Assembly: GCA_944388575.1 (NCBI GenBank)
Contig: CALXJF010000003.1
Location: forward strand, 12,926-76,925
Direction of reading: 5' to 3'
Source: an uncultured Clostridia bacterium
GTDB taxonomy: Bacteria; Bacillota; Clostridia; TANB77; CAG-465
DNA: 64,000 bases
Shown here: one piece after another, positions 40,871 through 50,173 of the stretch
Numbering within the stretch: the first letter of the stretch is position 1
How the letters are laid out: each line of letters begins with the position of its first letter
Made by a program: the position numbers and the translations under genes
Notes under the pieces: generated by a model
Seen by the model: the letters and a program-made list of their open reading frames with translations, nothing else
What the model was told of the DNA's origin: nothing
Database searches by the model: none

Positions 40871-42397
40871 CTACAAGTCTATTTTTATAGTCTTACCATC
40901 ATATGTTAAAGTATTATTTTCATAATTTGTTATTTCGTAATTATCAGTTCCTTCAATAATTGTCTTTTCCTCTTTTGTAACCACATTATATAAATATATA
41001 CCTTGTCCTTTTCTACTATATATAAAATGTATATCATCAGCCCATTCATATGTATACACATTATTTGCAAGTTCTGAATTTGGATATTCATCGGTTAAAG
41101 ACATAAATTTTATTGAAATTGTATCTGTAGATAAATAAGTAGGAACAGCTACAAATTTACTTGTTTGCTTCATATATTTTGTATCAGTATAACTAAAAGC
41201 TCTCATTATTTCATTTTCATATACTAAACTTGTATTTTTTACATATACATATTTTGGAATTTCTTTAGTTTTATTTAATATTTCCTCAAAAGTAACATCT
41301 TCTGTAACATTTCCTGAAAAATCATTATACAATATAATACCATGTTCATTTGTAATATTAAACTGTACTTTTATCCCATATAATGTATAAGTCAATGACC
41401 TAGAATCTTTTTCAGAATCATCTGTACTGTTGTCATAATCAGGCCATATATTAACAAGATCTGAAATCAAGTCTTTAGAATTCTTTTCCTCAATAAACTT
41501 TGTAACAATTTTTGCAAAAGTTGTCTTATCAGGACTATCCAGTCTATATACTGAGATTTGACTTCCTGTAAAAAAAATATACATTTTATCTGATTTATAA
41601 CCAATTAATCCATTATCTTTACTACCAAATTGGGGTTCACCTAATATATTTATAACTTCTGTCAAATCAGAATTAGTGTAAAGATTATTTATAACACTTT
41701 TTTTATATTTTTTTGTAAAAACTATATTAAATACTCTATTTTCCTCAATTTCGCTTTCATCAGTCAAAATCTCATTCCTTATAACTCTTGTTTCTATTCC
41801 TTCATCAAAGAAAATATCATAATTACTATAATAACTATCTTTTGTTCCAAATAATTCTTCACTATATCCCCAATTATTATTAATTAATTTAATCAATTCA
41901 ACTGAATTAATTATAGTGTCAATATTATTAACTTTAGTATAAGAAGATATAGAATTAGTATTGTCATTAACAGAAAAATAATTATCAATATTATTTATAT
42001 TAACATTTACAATACTTCTACTATTAGCATCACATTGAACTCTCACTTCTATTTCATTTTCATCATCTTGTAAAATAAAATTAGAATAATCAATAACTTC
42101 AGCTATAAATCCTATCATTTGATTATAGTAGTTTTCATTACTTGTTTTATCTTCATTATATGGTAAATATTTAAATTTTAATTCAACTTTTCTTTTATAA
42201 CTAGAATTAGTCCTATAATCGTTTATATATTCAGATCCCATATATTCAACTACTTCTTTTATCGTGTCAAAATCTTCAACAGAAGTATATTTTTTATTAT
42301 TATTAAGAATGATAATAATAAAAAATATAACTATCATAGTAAAAAATAATAATAATAAAATTTTTATTAATGAAACTTCTTTTTTTCCAATTTTCAT
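40871..42397 (-). CDS. hypothetical N-terminally anchored 508-aa protein
   Basis: One N-terminal TM helix. No motif recognised. Member of the operon. Confidence 0.5.
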   Translation of the reverse strand: MKIGKKEVSLIKILLLLFFTMIVIFFIIIILNNNKKYTSVEDFDTIKEVVEYMGSEYINDYRTNSSYKRKVELKFKYLPYNEDKTSNENYYNQMIGFIAEVIDYSNFILQDDENEIEVRVQCDANSRSIVNVNINNIDNYFSVNDNTNSISSYTKVNNIDTIINSVELIKLINNNWGYSEELFGTKDSYYSNYDIFFDEGIETRVIRNEILTDESEIEENRVFNIVFTKKYKKSVINNLYTNSDLTEVINILGEPQFGSKDNGLIGYKSDKMYIFFTGSQISVYRLDSPDKTTFAKIVTKFIEEKNSKDLISDLVNIWPDYDNSTDDSEKDSRSLTYTLYGIKVQFNITNEHGIILYNDFSGNVTEDVTFEEILNKTKEIPKYVYVKNTSLVYENEIMRAFSYTDTKYMKQTSKFVAVPTYLSTDTISIKFMSLTDEYPNSELANNVYTYEWADDIHFIYSRKGQGIYLYNVVTKEEKTIIEGTDNYEITNYENNTLTYDGKTIKIDL

Positions 42398-42414
42398 ATT
42401 GTGCTCCTTTAAAT

Positions 42415-43944
42415 TTAATTATCACTATCAATCGTAATAACATAACCAATATATGGTATAATATCCGATAAATTATTCCAACCACATTTTTGAGTATAAC
42501 TATCATTAGCACCTACATTAGCAATAAATACTTCTGAATTATTTCTTAATTCTAAAAAAGCTATAAGATGACTTGATTTTGTAAATCTAGTATCTGGTGT
42601 AGATTTAACAGAAACTACAACCGGCCTTCCAGCACTTAAATTGTTCTTTATAATACCTTCAAAATTACTTCTATATATTGTATTTTTTATTCCTAGATAG
42701 TTTGCTAAAGTTCCACTAAGAGGTTGATCACCAGTATATCCATAATTTGAATTCATATAATCTGCCACTTCTCCAGGAGTTTTATTTTTACCGTACCCAC
42801 TAGCAATAATAGCTAATGTTGTTGGACCGCATCCAAATTTTTGCATTTTACCTGACCAATAATCATGAGAAGCCCATGGTTCTAAATATTGTTTATATAT
42901 TTTATAATTTCTACCTTTAGAATCTGTAAAACCACTTTGATATCCTTCTGCTTCATTTCCATTAGGATCAAAAGTTCCACTATCACTATTAGTAGCGTTA
43001 GGATTAGTATATCTAACATAATAATTATAACTATTTAAATTTACATCTTTATGTTTTGGTCCTCTCCAATCAGTTGAACAAGCACAATCACTACCACCTG
43101 GGCCACCATTATCAACTAGTTTTCCATCACCAACATATAATGCCGCATGAGTATTTCTTAAAAGTATATCTCCGGGTTGTAATTCATCCATACTAGTCAA
43201 ATTATGAATTTCTGCAGTCCATCCATTTTCTGAATGTCCACTCTGACCTCTACTAATCATTTCACTTGTATATGCACCAACATCTATATTTAAATATACC
43301 TTAAATAAAGAATAAACGAAACCGCTACAATCTGTTTTTTCCATAGCTTCTAATTCCTCTAATGTAGTAGCTAATTGTCTATCAGGCTGACAATACTTTA
43401 TACCTCCTTTTTCTGCCATAGATATAGCTTTTTGAACCATATTAGATATATCATTAGAAGCTGAAGAATCATTAGAAGATGTACCATCACCTCCATCTTT
43501 TACTTCCTTTGTACCTAAAATATAATCATAATTTCTAATAGTAGCTGTTCTTGTATCTTCATTATTTTTAAATTTATCATATATAGCATTGATATCTTTT
43601 AAAGGCATCGCCAACAAACTAGCATATTCCTCAAAAAACTTTTTGCCCTCTTCATCAACACCTTCAGACAATATATATGAATTTAAATTGTCAGTTACTG
43701 CACTAGTATTCTCATCTGCATTTGCAACCAAAATTACTACTACCAAAATAACAATAACTAAAATTATAATTAGTCCTATTTTTATCGGCAAAGGTATCGC
43801 TGGATTAGTAAAAAATTTAATTGCTCCTCTTGTAAATTTAAACGTAGTATTTACAACAGTTTTACCAGTCGTTTTGGCTCTTTTTAAAGGATTACTAGGC
43901 TTTTTTACTTCTTCATCTTGTGGCACATTATTTTCTTCTTCCAT
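42415..43944 (-). CDS. membrane-anchored NlpC/P60 endopeptidase fused to a papain-like C39-type domain
   Basis: TM helix. NlpC/P60: DCSGFVYSLF..PGDILLRNTHAALYVGDGKLVDNG. C-terminal FGCGPTTLAIIASGYG..GRPVVVSV..SSHLIAFLE, which is the Peptidase_C39-like Cys/His pattern. Confidence 0.7.
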   Translation of the reverse strand: MEEENNVPQDEEVKKPSNPLKRAKTTGKTVVNTTFKFTRGAIKFFTNPAIPLPIKIGLIIILVIVILVVVILVANADENTSAVTDNLNSYILSEGVDEEGKKFFEEYASLLAMPLKDINAIYDKFKNNEDTRTATIRNYDYILGTKEVKDGGDGTSSNDSSASNDISNMVQKAISMAEKGGIKYCQPDRQLATTLEELEAMEKTDCSGFVYSLFKVYLNIDVGAYTSEMISRGQSGHSENGWTAEIHNLTSMDELQPGDILLRNTHAALYVGDGKLVDNGGPGGSDCACSTDWRGPKHKDVNLNSYNYYVRYTNPNATNSDSGTFDPNGNEAEGYQSGFTDSKGRNYKIYKQYLEPWASHDYWSGKMQKFGCGPTTLAIIASGYGKNKTPGEVADYMNSNYGYTGDQPLSGTLANYLGIKNTIYRSNFEGIIKNNLSAGRPVVVSVKSTPDTRFTKSSHLIAFLELRNNSEVFIANVGANDSYTQKCGWNNLSDIIPYIGYVITIDSDN

Positions 43945-43959
43945 AAATAAATACCTCCT

Positions 43960-44877
43960 TTAAAAATGTATAGTCAAGTTATTTTCAATATCTCCTAATT
44001 TCACATTATAAAAAGTTAACCCTAAAATTTTATTATGATACTGCATATTAACAGGAAAAAATAAATTTTTTACAAAAAATGAGCCTTTAGGAATTTCATA
44101 TTTTGTTGATGATAATATAGTTGTAGCTTGTTTTGTACTTCCACCATCTTGCATATTTAACTCTACATCATTAATACTGTTAAAGCTAAATTGCACTGTA
44201 TAATCATTATTATTAGTAACTTTTAGTTTATAACCTATATCAGTACTTGTCCTATATAATTCGGATATTTCAAATATCAAGCCACTTTGATTTATTGTAT
44301 AATTATGATTAACTACTGTTGGTATTTCATCTTGACTAAAATCAACAGTATATTCATAAGGCTTAGTTTCAATAAAGTTAATATATCTATAACATTTTCC
44401 ATTCTCCATATAATTTATATATGTAATACGATATACACAAACATTGTTTTCTTGAAGAGAATATTGCATAGATACAACAGCTGGAAGTTCACCAACCAAT
44501 TTATTTTGAACTAAATAATCTTCAAAATTATCTCTATTTAAATTATTTTCATTTAAAAAACTAGCATTCATTTTACTATATAATTCATCAATATTTTTTA
44601 TATTAGTTAATCTTTCTACATCTTCAAAATATTGATCCTTTACAGACAAATTTACATCATTATTTGTTTGAGAATCTATATAAACAGAATATTTATTAAT
44701 TCCAGAAGAACTTATAGTCTCTTTTGTTCTTTTTTTATCTACAGATACCACCTCAATTTTCTTTGAGTTCCATATACTTATTGTATAAATAACTACTCCA
44801 ATTAAAACGATACCGATAATACAACAAAGTATAAATAAGATCTTACTTTTTGTTTTATTTTTTTTCATTATATACAC
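43960..44877 (-). CDS. bitopic protein with C-terminal beta-sandwich-like domain
   Basis: N-terminal TM helix. The likely start is MKKNKTK, with an AGGTG RBS overlapping the upstream TAG stop. Confidence 0.45.
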   Translation of the reverse strand: MYIMKKNKTKSKILFILCCIIGIVLIGVVIYTISIWNSKKIEVVSVDKKRTKETISSSGINKYSVYIDSQTNNDVNLSVKDQYFEDVERLTNIKNIDELYSKMNASFLNENNLNRDNFEDYLVQNKLVGELPAVVSMQYSLQENNVCVYRITYINYMENGKCYRYINFIETKPYEYTVDFSQDEIPTVVNHNYTINQSGLIFEISELYRTSTDIGYKLKVTNNNDYTVQFSFNSINDVELNMQDGGSTKQATTILSSTKYEIPKGSFFVKNLFFPVNMQYHNKILGLTFYNVKLGDIENNLTIHF

Positions 44878-45492
44878 CTATTCTAAATAAAAAATCGAAA
44901 AAGTCGTTGAACGTTCATTTAACTTAATTCCAATATAAACATACTCTTCTTCTACATTTGGAACCTTTATTTGACACAAGTACATAGATTCCCCATACGT
45001 AGCTTCATCAAGTAAATATACTGTATCTATTGAAATGTTATTAGGAATATATTCTCCATACATACTTTTAGTTACAAATTTCTCTATGATTTGTTTAGAG
45101 ATTTCCATATATTCATTTTTACTTATATTATAATTATTTGATAAAATGTAATAATAATCTTCTCTGGTAAATTTTATATTATTGTAGTCTACATCTCCTT
45201 TATATGCATTTAATTCTAAATTATATGACGAAAAAAATGTATTTACAATATTATTTAATGACCAAAATTTACCTCGTTCAGTAGTTTCTATTGAATTTAA
45301 TATCATATTATCTATATTTAAGAGACTGCTTTCTATTCTATTATTTTTTTTATCTAACGAATATAAAAAATTAGCTACTACTACTGATAAAATAAGTAAA
45401 GTAGTAGCTAAAATCAATTTTTCTTTTATTGACAACTCTTCTACATTAATAATTTTTTTAAAATTAAATTTCTTAATCTCCAAGAATTTCAC
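44878..45492 (-). CDS. bitopic protein (VirB8/NTF2-like candidate)
   Basis: 204 aa with one TM helix (LILATTLLILSVVVANFLY). It abuts the upstream stop (TAGGTG junction). Confidence 0.35.
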   Translation of the reverse strand: MKFLEIKKFNFKKIINVEELSIKEKLILATTLLILSVVVANFLYSLDKKNNRIESSLLNIDNMILNSIETTERGKFWSLNNIVNTFFSSYNLELNAYKGDVDYNNIKFTREDYYYILSNNYNISKNEYMEISKQIIEKFVTKSMYGEYIPNNISIDTVYLLDEATYGESMYLCQIKVPNVEEEYVYIGIKLNERSTTFSIFYLE

Positions 45493-46554
45493 CTACATAT
45501 CAGAAATATCAAAATCCTGCATTCTTTTATCAAGTTCTGCTCTAGCCTTACTATAACTCATACGAATTTTTTTATCTTTATTTAAAGCACCTTTAACATC
45601 AGAATTCATATTTTCTACAGATTTTACAAAATCCTTTCTGGCTTTTAAAATACCATCAACTCCGCTAGCAATATCAGTTCCTTTTTCAACAGTTTTTATA
45701 GGAAGAGCACCTAATTTATCTCCTATACCTATACCCGTAAGACCACCTTTTATAATATCGCTACCTTCTCCCATAGAAGCACCAATAGTAGCACCAGTAA
45801 CACCTCCAAAAACCGCTCCAATAGTCTCGGCACCACCAGAAAGAGCTTTAAATACTGATTTCCTTCTTTGTTCCTTAAGTTCAAGCATTTTATTTTCATA
45901 ATCTTCATATGCCTTAGCTAAATCAGATTTTTTATTACCACCCGAATTTGCAGAAGAAGCTTTTTCTGCTTTTAGTGCCGCTTCTGCCAAATCTAAATTC
46001 TTTTTATACTCATCCATATTTCCTGTATCTTTAGCTTTATTTGCTTTATCAAGATATTGACCTGAAACACTATCACCAGAACCACTATCTGTTGACTTAC
46101 CAGTAGATCCTTTTTGATTAGGATCAGCAGCGGCAAGTTTCTTAGCTAAACCTGTTCTAGCAATATTCATCTTTTTATTTGCCATGAATGCTCCTCCAAC
46201 ACCTCCAGCTACCTTACCAGCATTATCAAGTACACCCTTAGCTAAATTAGCAGCCATTAGAGTAGTAGCAAGAGATTTCATACCTCCACGCATTCCAGGA
46301 TCTGTAACAGAAGGCTTTACACCAAATATTTTTTTTACTAATTCTTCCATTTTAGATATAGAGGCTAAAGCAATAATAGCCATAAATCCAGTACTAGACA
46401 TATAATCATTTTGTTGTGCCTCAACTACTGATCCACTAGTCATAACATATATTATTAAAACCATTATTATAGCAAATACAAAAGCTTGTATTGATTGTAT
46501 AAATACTAACGTACAAAATTCTCTTAACCATGTACTAAATATATCTTTATTCAC
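45493..46554 (-). CDS. membrane protein with two N-terminal TM helices and a Gly/Ala-rich tail (possible C-terminal half of a VirB6/TrbL-like protein)
   Basis: GTG start 5 nt after a GAGGTG RBS. It is in frame with the upstream VirB6-like ORF and separated from it by TAG plus 5 codons. Confidence 0.45.
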   Translation of the reverse strand: MNKDIFSTWLREFCTLVFIQSIQAFVFAIIMVLIIYVMTSGSVVEAQQNDYMSSTGFMAIIALASISKMEELVKKIFGVKPSVTDPGMRGGMKSLATTLMAANLAKGVLDNAGKVAGGVGGAFMANKKMNIARTGLAKKLAAADPNQKGSTGKSTDSGSGDSVSGQYLDKANKAKDTGNMDEYKKNLDLAEAALKAEKASSANSGGNKKSDLAKAYEDYENKMLELKEQRRKSVFKALSGGAETIGAVFGGVTGATIGASMGEGSDIIKGGLTGIGIGDKLGALPIKTVEKGTDIASGVDGILKARKDFVKSVENMNSDVKGALNKDKKIRMSYSKARAELDKRMQDFDISDM

Positions 46555-46569
46555 TATTTCACCTCTATT

Positions 46570-48120
46570 CTAACTTAAAGATTTACCTAAAAAGTCTAAA
46601 ACAACTATTGCAGGAGCCATTATAGCCAATACAATAATATAGAAAAATCTTTTGGTATATGAAAATAAATACATTATAGATTGCGTTACAAAAATAGCAT
46701 ATAATAAAGCTCCTGTTACTGACACGTCAGAAGGTATCCAACCAGTAACTTCTCCTGTATCATCATCTGTTTCATATGTCCATGCAGACTTTTTAAAGAA
46801 TTCTGCCATTTTTGCCAAAATATCTGCTCTTCCTAAATTTATTTTTTTTCCTTCAACATATTTTTCATGTAAACTTACAATAATTTTATGAAACTGATAT
46901 TCTTTTCTTATTAGAGTTTTAATCTTCTTATTATCGCCTGTAAGTTTAGAGAATAATTCAGAGCTTGAATTCATTTCCTCATTTCTGTATTTTTCTATAG
47001 TTGCATCATCATTTAATTTACTTGGTGCATATGTTTCCAAAAAAGCTTTATCATCCGAACAATCATCCTCTAAGATATGCTTAACATCTGCCGCTAAAAT
47101 TTTAATCGATTGTTCCCCATCATTTTCCAATGTTTCAAACATACCATCAAAATTTTGCCAAAAACTAGTTTTAGTTAAAGCCATTGGTATCCTATATTCA
47201 ACATAATCATTTGTTGCTTCCATCAATTCTGATGCAACTTCAGCTACATTTTCTTGACCAGATTCAAGATAAGCTTTAGCTTCCTCTGTACCATTAAATT
47301 TAGATGCAAGGGCGTCTATGACAGGATCTAAAAATATCCCAGCACCACCAGTTACTAAAGTAAAAAGTGGATTAGGCACTAAATCACCTGCAGTAAACTG
47401 TTCTTGTTGCGTTATAAAATTATCTACTCTATCTTGTGCATTACCATTCCAACTCATACTTTCAAAAGCTTTTTGTACTTTTTCATCATTTAAGGCTGTA
47501 TTTACCATACTACTTGCTACTTCTACCATTTTTTCATTAGCCCATAAAACAAACGACATTAAATTATGTATTAAAAACAATAAAACAATAGAAAACAACC
47601 ATTTTGTCAAAGCTTCTTTATATTTAGCTTTTTCACTTGCAATAGAACTTAGCGCCAACCTTGTAGCCGCTACTCCTACGATTATTGTTAAAAAGCCTGT
47701 AGCAATCGTTAAAATTGTAAAATAAGTATTTCTAATTATATTAGCAAAATCAGTATAGTTTCCTGAATCTGCAGTTTTAAACAAAGAACCATTACTTGCA
47801 TTGAAAAAATTAACATCTAAAATAGGTATTGCATTAAATAAAATTCTATCTGCCCATGGAAAAACACTATCTCCAGATATATATTGAAACAAATTTCCAA
47901 CTATACTTTCAACAAATGAAGCAACAGCATAAATAAAACTTCCAAAAGCATCTAAAACTACTGATTCTTTGGCTTTTTCATTAAGTGCATTCTCTTCAAC
48001 AGTAGTACTAGGAGTATAATCAGAGTTTACTGCCGCATATAATGTAGATGATGTTACTGAAAATACTAACAAAAATATAAAAAATATCATCATACAATTT
48101 TTAAATAACCTTTTATTCAT
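46570..48120 (-). CDS. polytopic VirB6/TrbL/ConG-like T4SS channel protein
   Basis: Signal peptide, several TM helices and a large extracytoplasmic loop. It lies immediately downstream of VirB4, as in Tn916/ICEBs1-type systems. Confidence 0.55.
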   Translation of the reverse strand: MNKRLFKNCMMIFFIFLLVFSVTSSTLYAAVNSDYTPSTTVEENALNEKAKESVVLDAFGSFIYAVASFVESIVGNLFQYISGDSVFPWADRILFNAIPILDVNFFNASNGSLFKTADSGNYTDFANIIRNTYFTILTIATGFLTIIVGVAATRLALSSIASEKAKYKEALTKWLFSIVLLFLIHNLMSFVLWANEKMVEVASSMVNTALNDEKVQKAFESMSWNGNAQDRVDNFITQQEQFTAGDLVPNPLFTLVTGGAGIFLDPVIDALASKFNGTEEAKAYLESGQENVAEVASELMEATNDYVEYRIPMALTKTSFWQNFDGMFETLENDGEQSIKILAADVKHILEDDCSDDKAFLETYAPSKLNDDATIEKYRNEEMNSSSELFSKLTGDNKKIKTLIRKEYQFHKIIVSLHEKYVEGKKINLGRADILAKMAEFFKKSAWTYETDDDTGEVTGWIPSDVSVTGALLYAIFVTQSIMYLFSYTKRFFYIIVLAIMAPAIVVLDFLGKSLS

Positions 48121-48147
48121 TAAAATTCACCTTTTCTATAAATGTAT

Positions 48148-50151
48148 TTAATCTCCTGAATTTCTTCTGTTTCTCATTTCTATCATTTTACTTAAGTTTG
48201 TTTCAACAAATTCAAATTCTCTTTGGGTAGGTCTAATGGCAATAACAGCAGATGAATAACCTATTTTTATTAATCCTTCACCACGTGTACAAGTTATAAG
48301 GAAATTCGCCTCTCCTTCACTTAGTTTAAATACTTCTTGCAAGTATTCTATTTCTGATTTATCCTGAGCCAAAAATAATTTTGTTTCTGCAGAAGTTAAA
48401 ACTGCCTGTACTGACTTATTCTCGTAGAAATCTTGGAATTTTTGTGATACAACAGTAAGTGAAACATTTCTTTTTCTAGCACGTCTAGCCATTGTATTCA
48501 AGAAATCAACAGCCTCTGGATAAGCAAGTAACATCCATGCTTCATCAACAAGAACACGTTTACTTCTAGCTCTAGATTTATCTTCACTATTTTTCTTTAC
48601 ATATTTTTCCCAAATCCAAGAAAGTAATATTTGTTGTGCAAGAGGTCTTGCAAATCTCTCCTCAAGTTGTGAAATATTTATATTAATAAATAAAGAACCA
48701 TCTTGTAATTCAAATGTAGATTGTCCATCAAAATATGCCATTTGACCATCAAATTTTCTTACATATTGTCTCATAACTTTCATTAAATAATCATAGTGAA
48801 ATTTGTAAGTTTCATTATCATTTGTTTGTGCTTTTTTTTCTAATCTATCATACCATGACCCAATTGTTGGCATTTCTTTTTTCTTCTTTGTTACATTAAA
48901 ATCAGTTCCAACATTATCTCCTATACTTCCAAAAGAGTCTTCATATAATGAATTAGGATCATTAGTTATTCCTCTTGCAGAGTATTCTTCAGCAGCAATT
49001 TCTGCAATTATCTGTTTTGTAAGTTCGTTAACTTCTTCTGATTTCGTTGCACCTCTAGCCATTGTAAGTAACGCTTGAGTAACATCTTCAACTTTATTTT
49101 CTACATTTAATACATATCTATCTCTACCTGTAATTTCATCTTTTTCAATTTCTGTTTCTATATCAAATATATTTATTATTGTATTACTATTTGGACTTAT
49201 ATTAACATTAATTCCTCTTAAAGCTTCTGCAACTACGACATATTCACCTTCGGCATCAAGAACTAGGTTTTCAACTCCCATCAAAATAGCAGATCTTGCC
49301 ATAATAGTTTTTATTGTAACAGATTTACCAGCACCAGATTTACCAAATATAATCATATTATAATTTGTTAAAGAATTATTAAAATTATCAAATATAACTG
49401 GCAAGCCTGTTTGTTTATTTATACCTATAGGCACACCTGTTTCATGCCCTGCATCCGCATTAACAAAAGGAAATACAGTAGCCATAGAACCTCTATCAAA
49501 TGTATGTTTCCTAGAGATTTTATTAGTATTAAGAGGTAAATTAGATTTAAAGCCTTCTTCCTGTAAAGCCCATGCAGTCTTTAATCCAAGTAAATTTTTT
49601 GATGCTTCCATAGCTATAAGTTCAGACATTTTATCTAATTCATCTTTTGTATACGCAAACAATGTACATATAATCGTAGCGTCAAATAATTTATTATATC
49701 CTGCAGCAATTTGATCTCTCAAACTTTCCGCTTCTGCTTGCTTAGTAGCTAGTACTGATTCTCTATTTATGTCTCCTCTATCATGAGCAACATATCTTTC
49801 AGATTGTAACTCAACTATTTGTTTATTAAGCTCATTTTGTGATTTAGTTTCTGAAATAGGTGTAATAAATACAGAAGTATTAACATCTCCAAACTCATAT
49901 ATTCCAGATAAAAAATATGGAAATGTAGCTTGTCTAGGAATTGTAGTTAAATAAAAAGTTCTTGCAAATCTTGACACTTTTGAAAATATCTCTAAATAAT
50001 CATAGTGAGTAGCATCAATCCCAGAAGGTGCTAACAGATCCTTTAAAGTTGATTTATTAACCTCTAATGAACTTTCAACTAAATCATTAGAAGTAATCAA
50101 TTCCTCTCTTACTTCTTGATTCACATTTTTTTTATTCTTTTTCTTTCCCAT
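48148..50151 (-). CDS. virB4: VirB4-family T4SS ATPase (TraE/PrgJ/ConE/TcpF-like)
   Basis: 667 aa. Walker A FGKSGAGKS and Walker B RVLVDEAWMLL (the DEAW pattern typical of VirB4). The N-terminal domain is the VirB4 type. Confidence 0.85.
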   Translation of the reverse strand: MGKKKNKKNVNQEVREELITSNDLVESSLEVNKSTLKDLLAPSGIDATHYDYLEIFSKVSRFARTFYLTTIPRQATFPYFLSGIYEFGDVNTSVFITPISETKSQNELNKQIVELQSERYVAHDRGDINRESVLATKQAEAESLRDQIAAGYNKLFDATIICTLFAYTKDELDKMSELIAMEASKNLLGLKTAWALQEEGFKSNLPLNTNKISRKHTFDRGSMATVFPFVNADAGHETGVPIGINKQTGLPVIFDNFNNSLTNYNMIIFGKSGAGKSVTIKTIMARSAILMGVENLVLDAEGEYVVVAEALRGINVNISPNSNTIINIFDIETEIEKDEITGRDRYVLNVENKVEDVTQALLTMARGATKSEEVNELTKQIIAEIAAEEYSARGITNDPNSLYEDSFGSIGDNVGTDFNVTKKKKEMPTIGSWYDRLEKKAQTNDNETYKFHYDYLMKVMRQYVRKFDGQMAYFDGQSTFELQDGSLFININISQLEERFARPLAQQILLSWIWEKYVKKNSEDKSRARSKRVLVDEAWMLLAYPEAVDFLNTMARRARKRNVSLTVVSQKFQDFYENKSVQAVLTSAETKLFLAQDKSEIEYLQEVFKLSEGEANFLITCTRGEGLIKIGYSSAVIAIRPTQREFEFVETNLSKMIEMRNRRNSGD

Positions 50152-50173
50152 TTTATCATACCTCTCATATATT

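Noticed and set aside
42303-42512. 69-aa minus-strand ORF spanning the 40871/42415 gene junction
   Set aside because: It overlaps two better-supported genes in another frame, and its translation is low-complexity and Ile/Tyr-rich.
46555-46572. In-frame TAG between the two VirB6-like ORFs considered as programmed read-through
   Set aside because: A good GAGGTG RBS and a GTG start follow immediately, so ordinary translational coupling of two genes is the simpler reading. It is reported only as a possible split gene.
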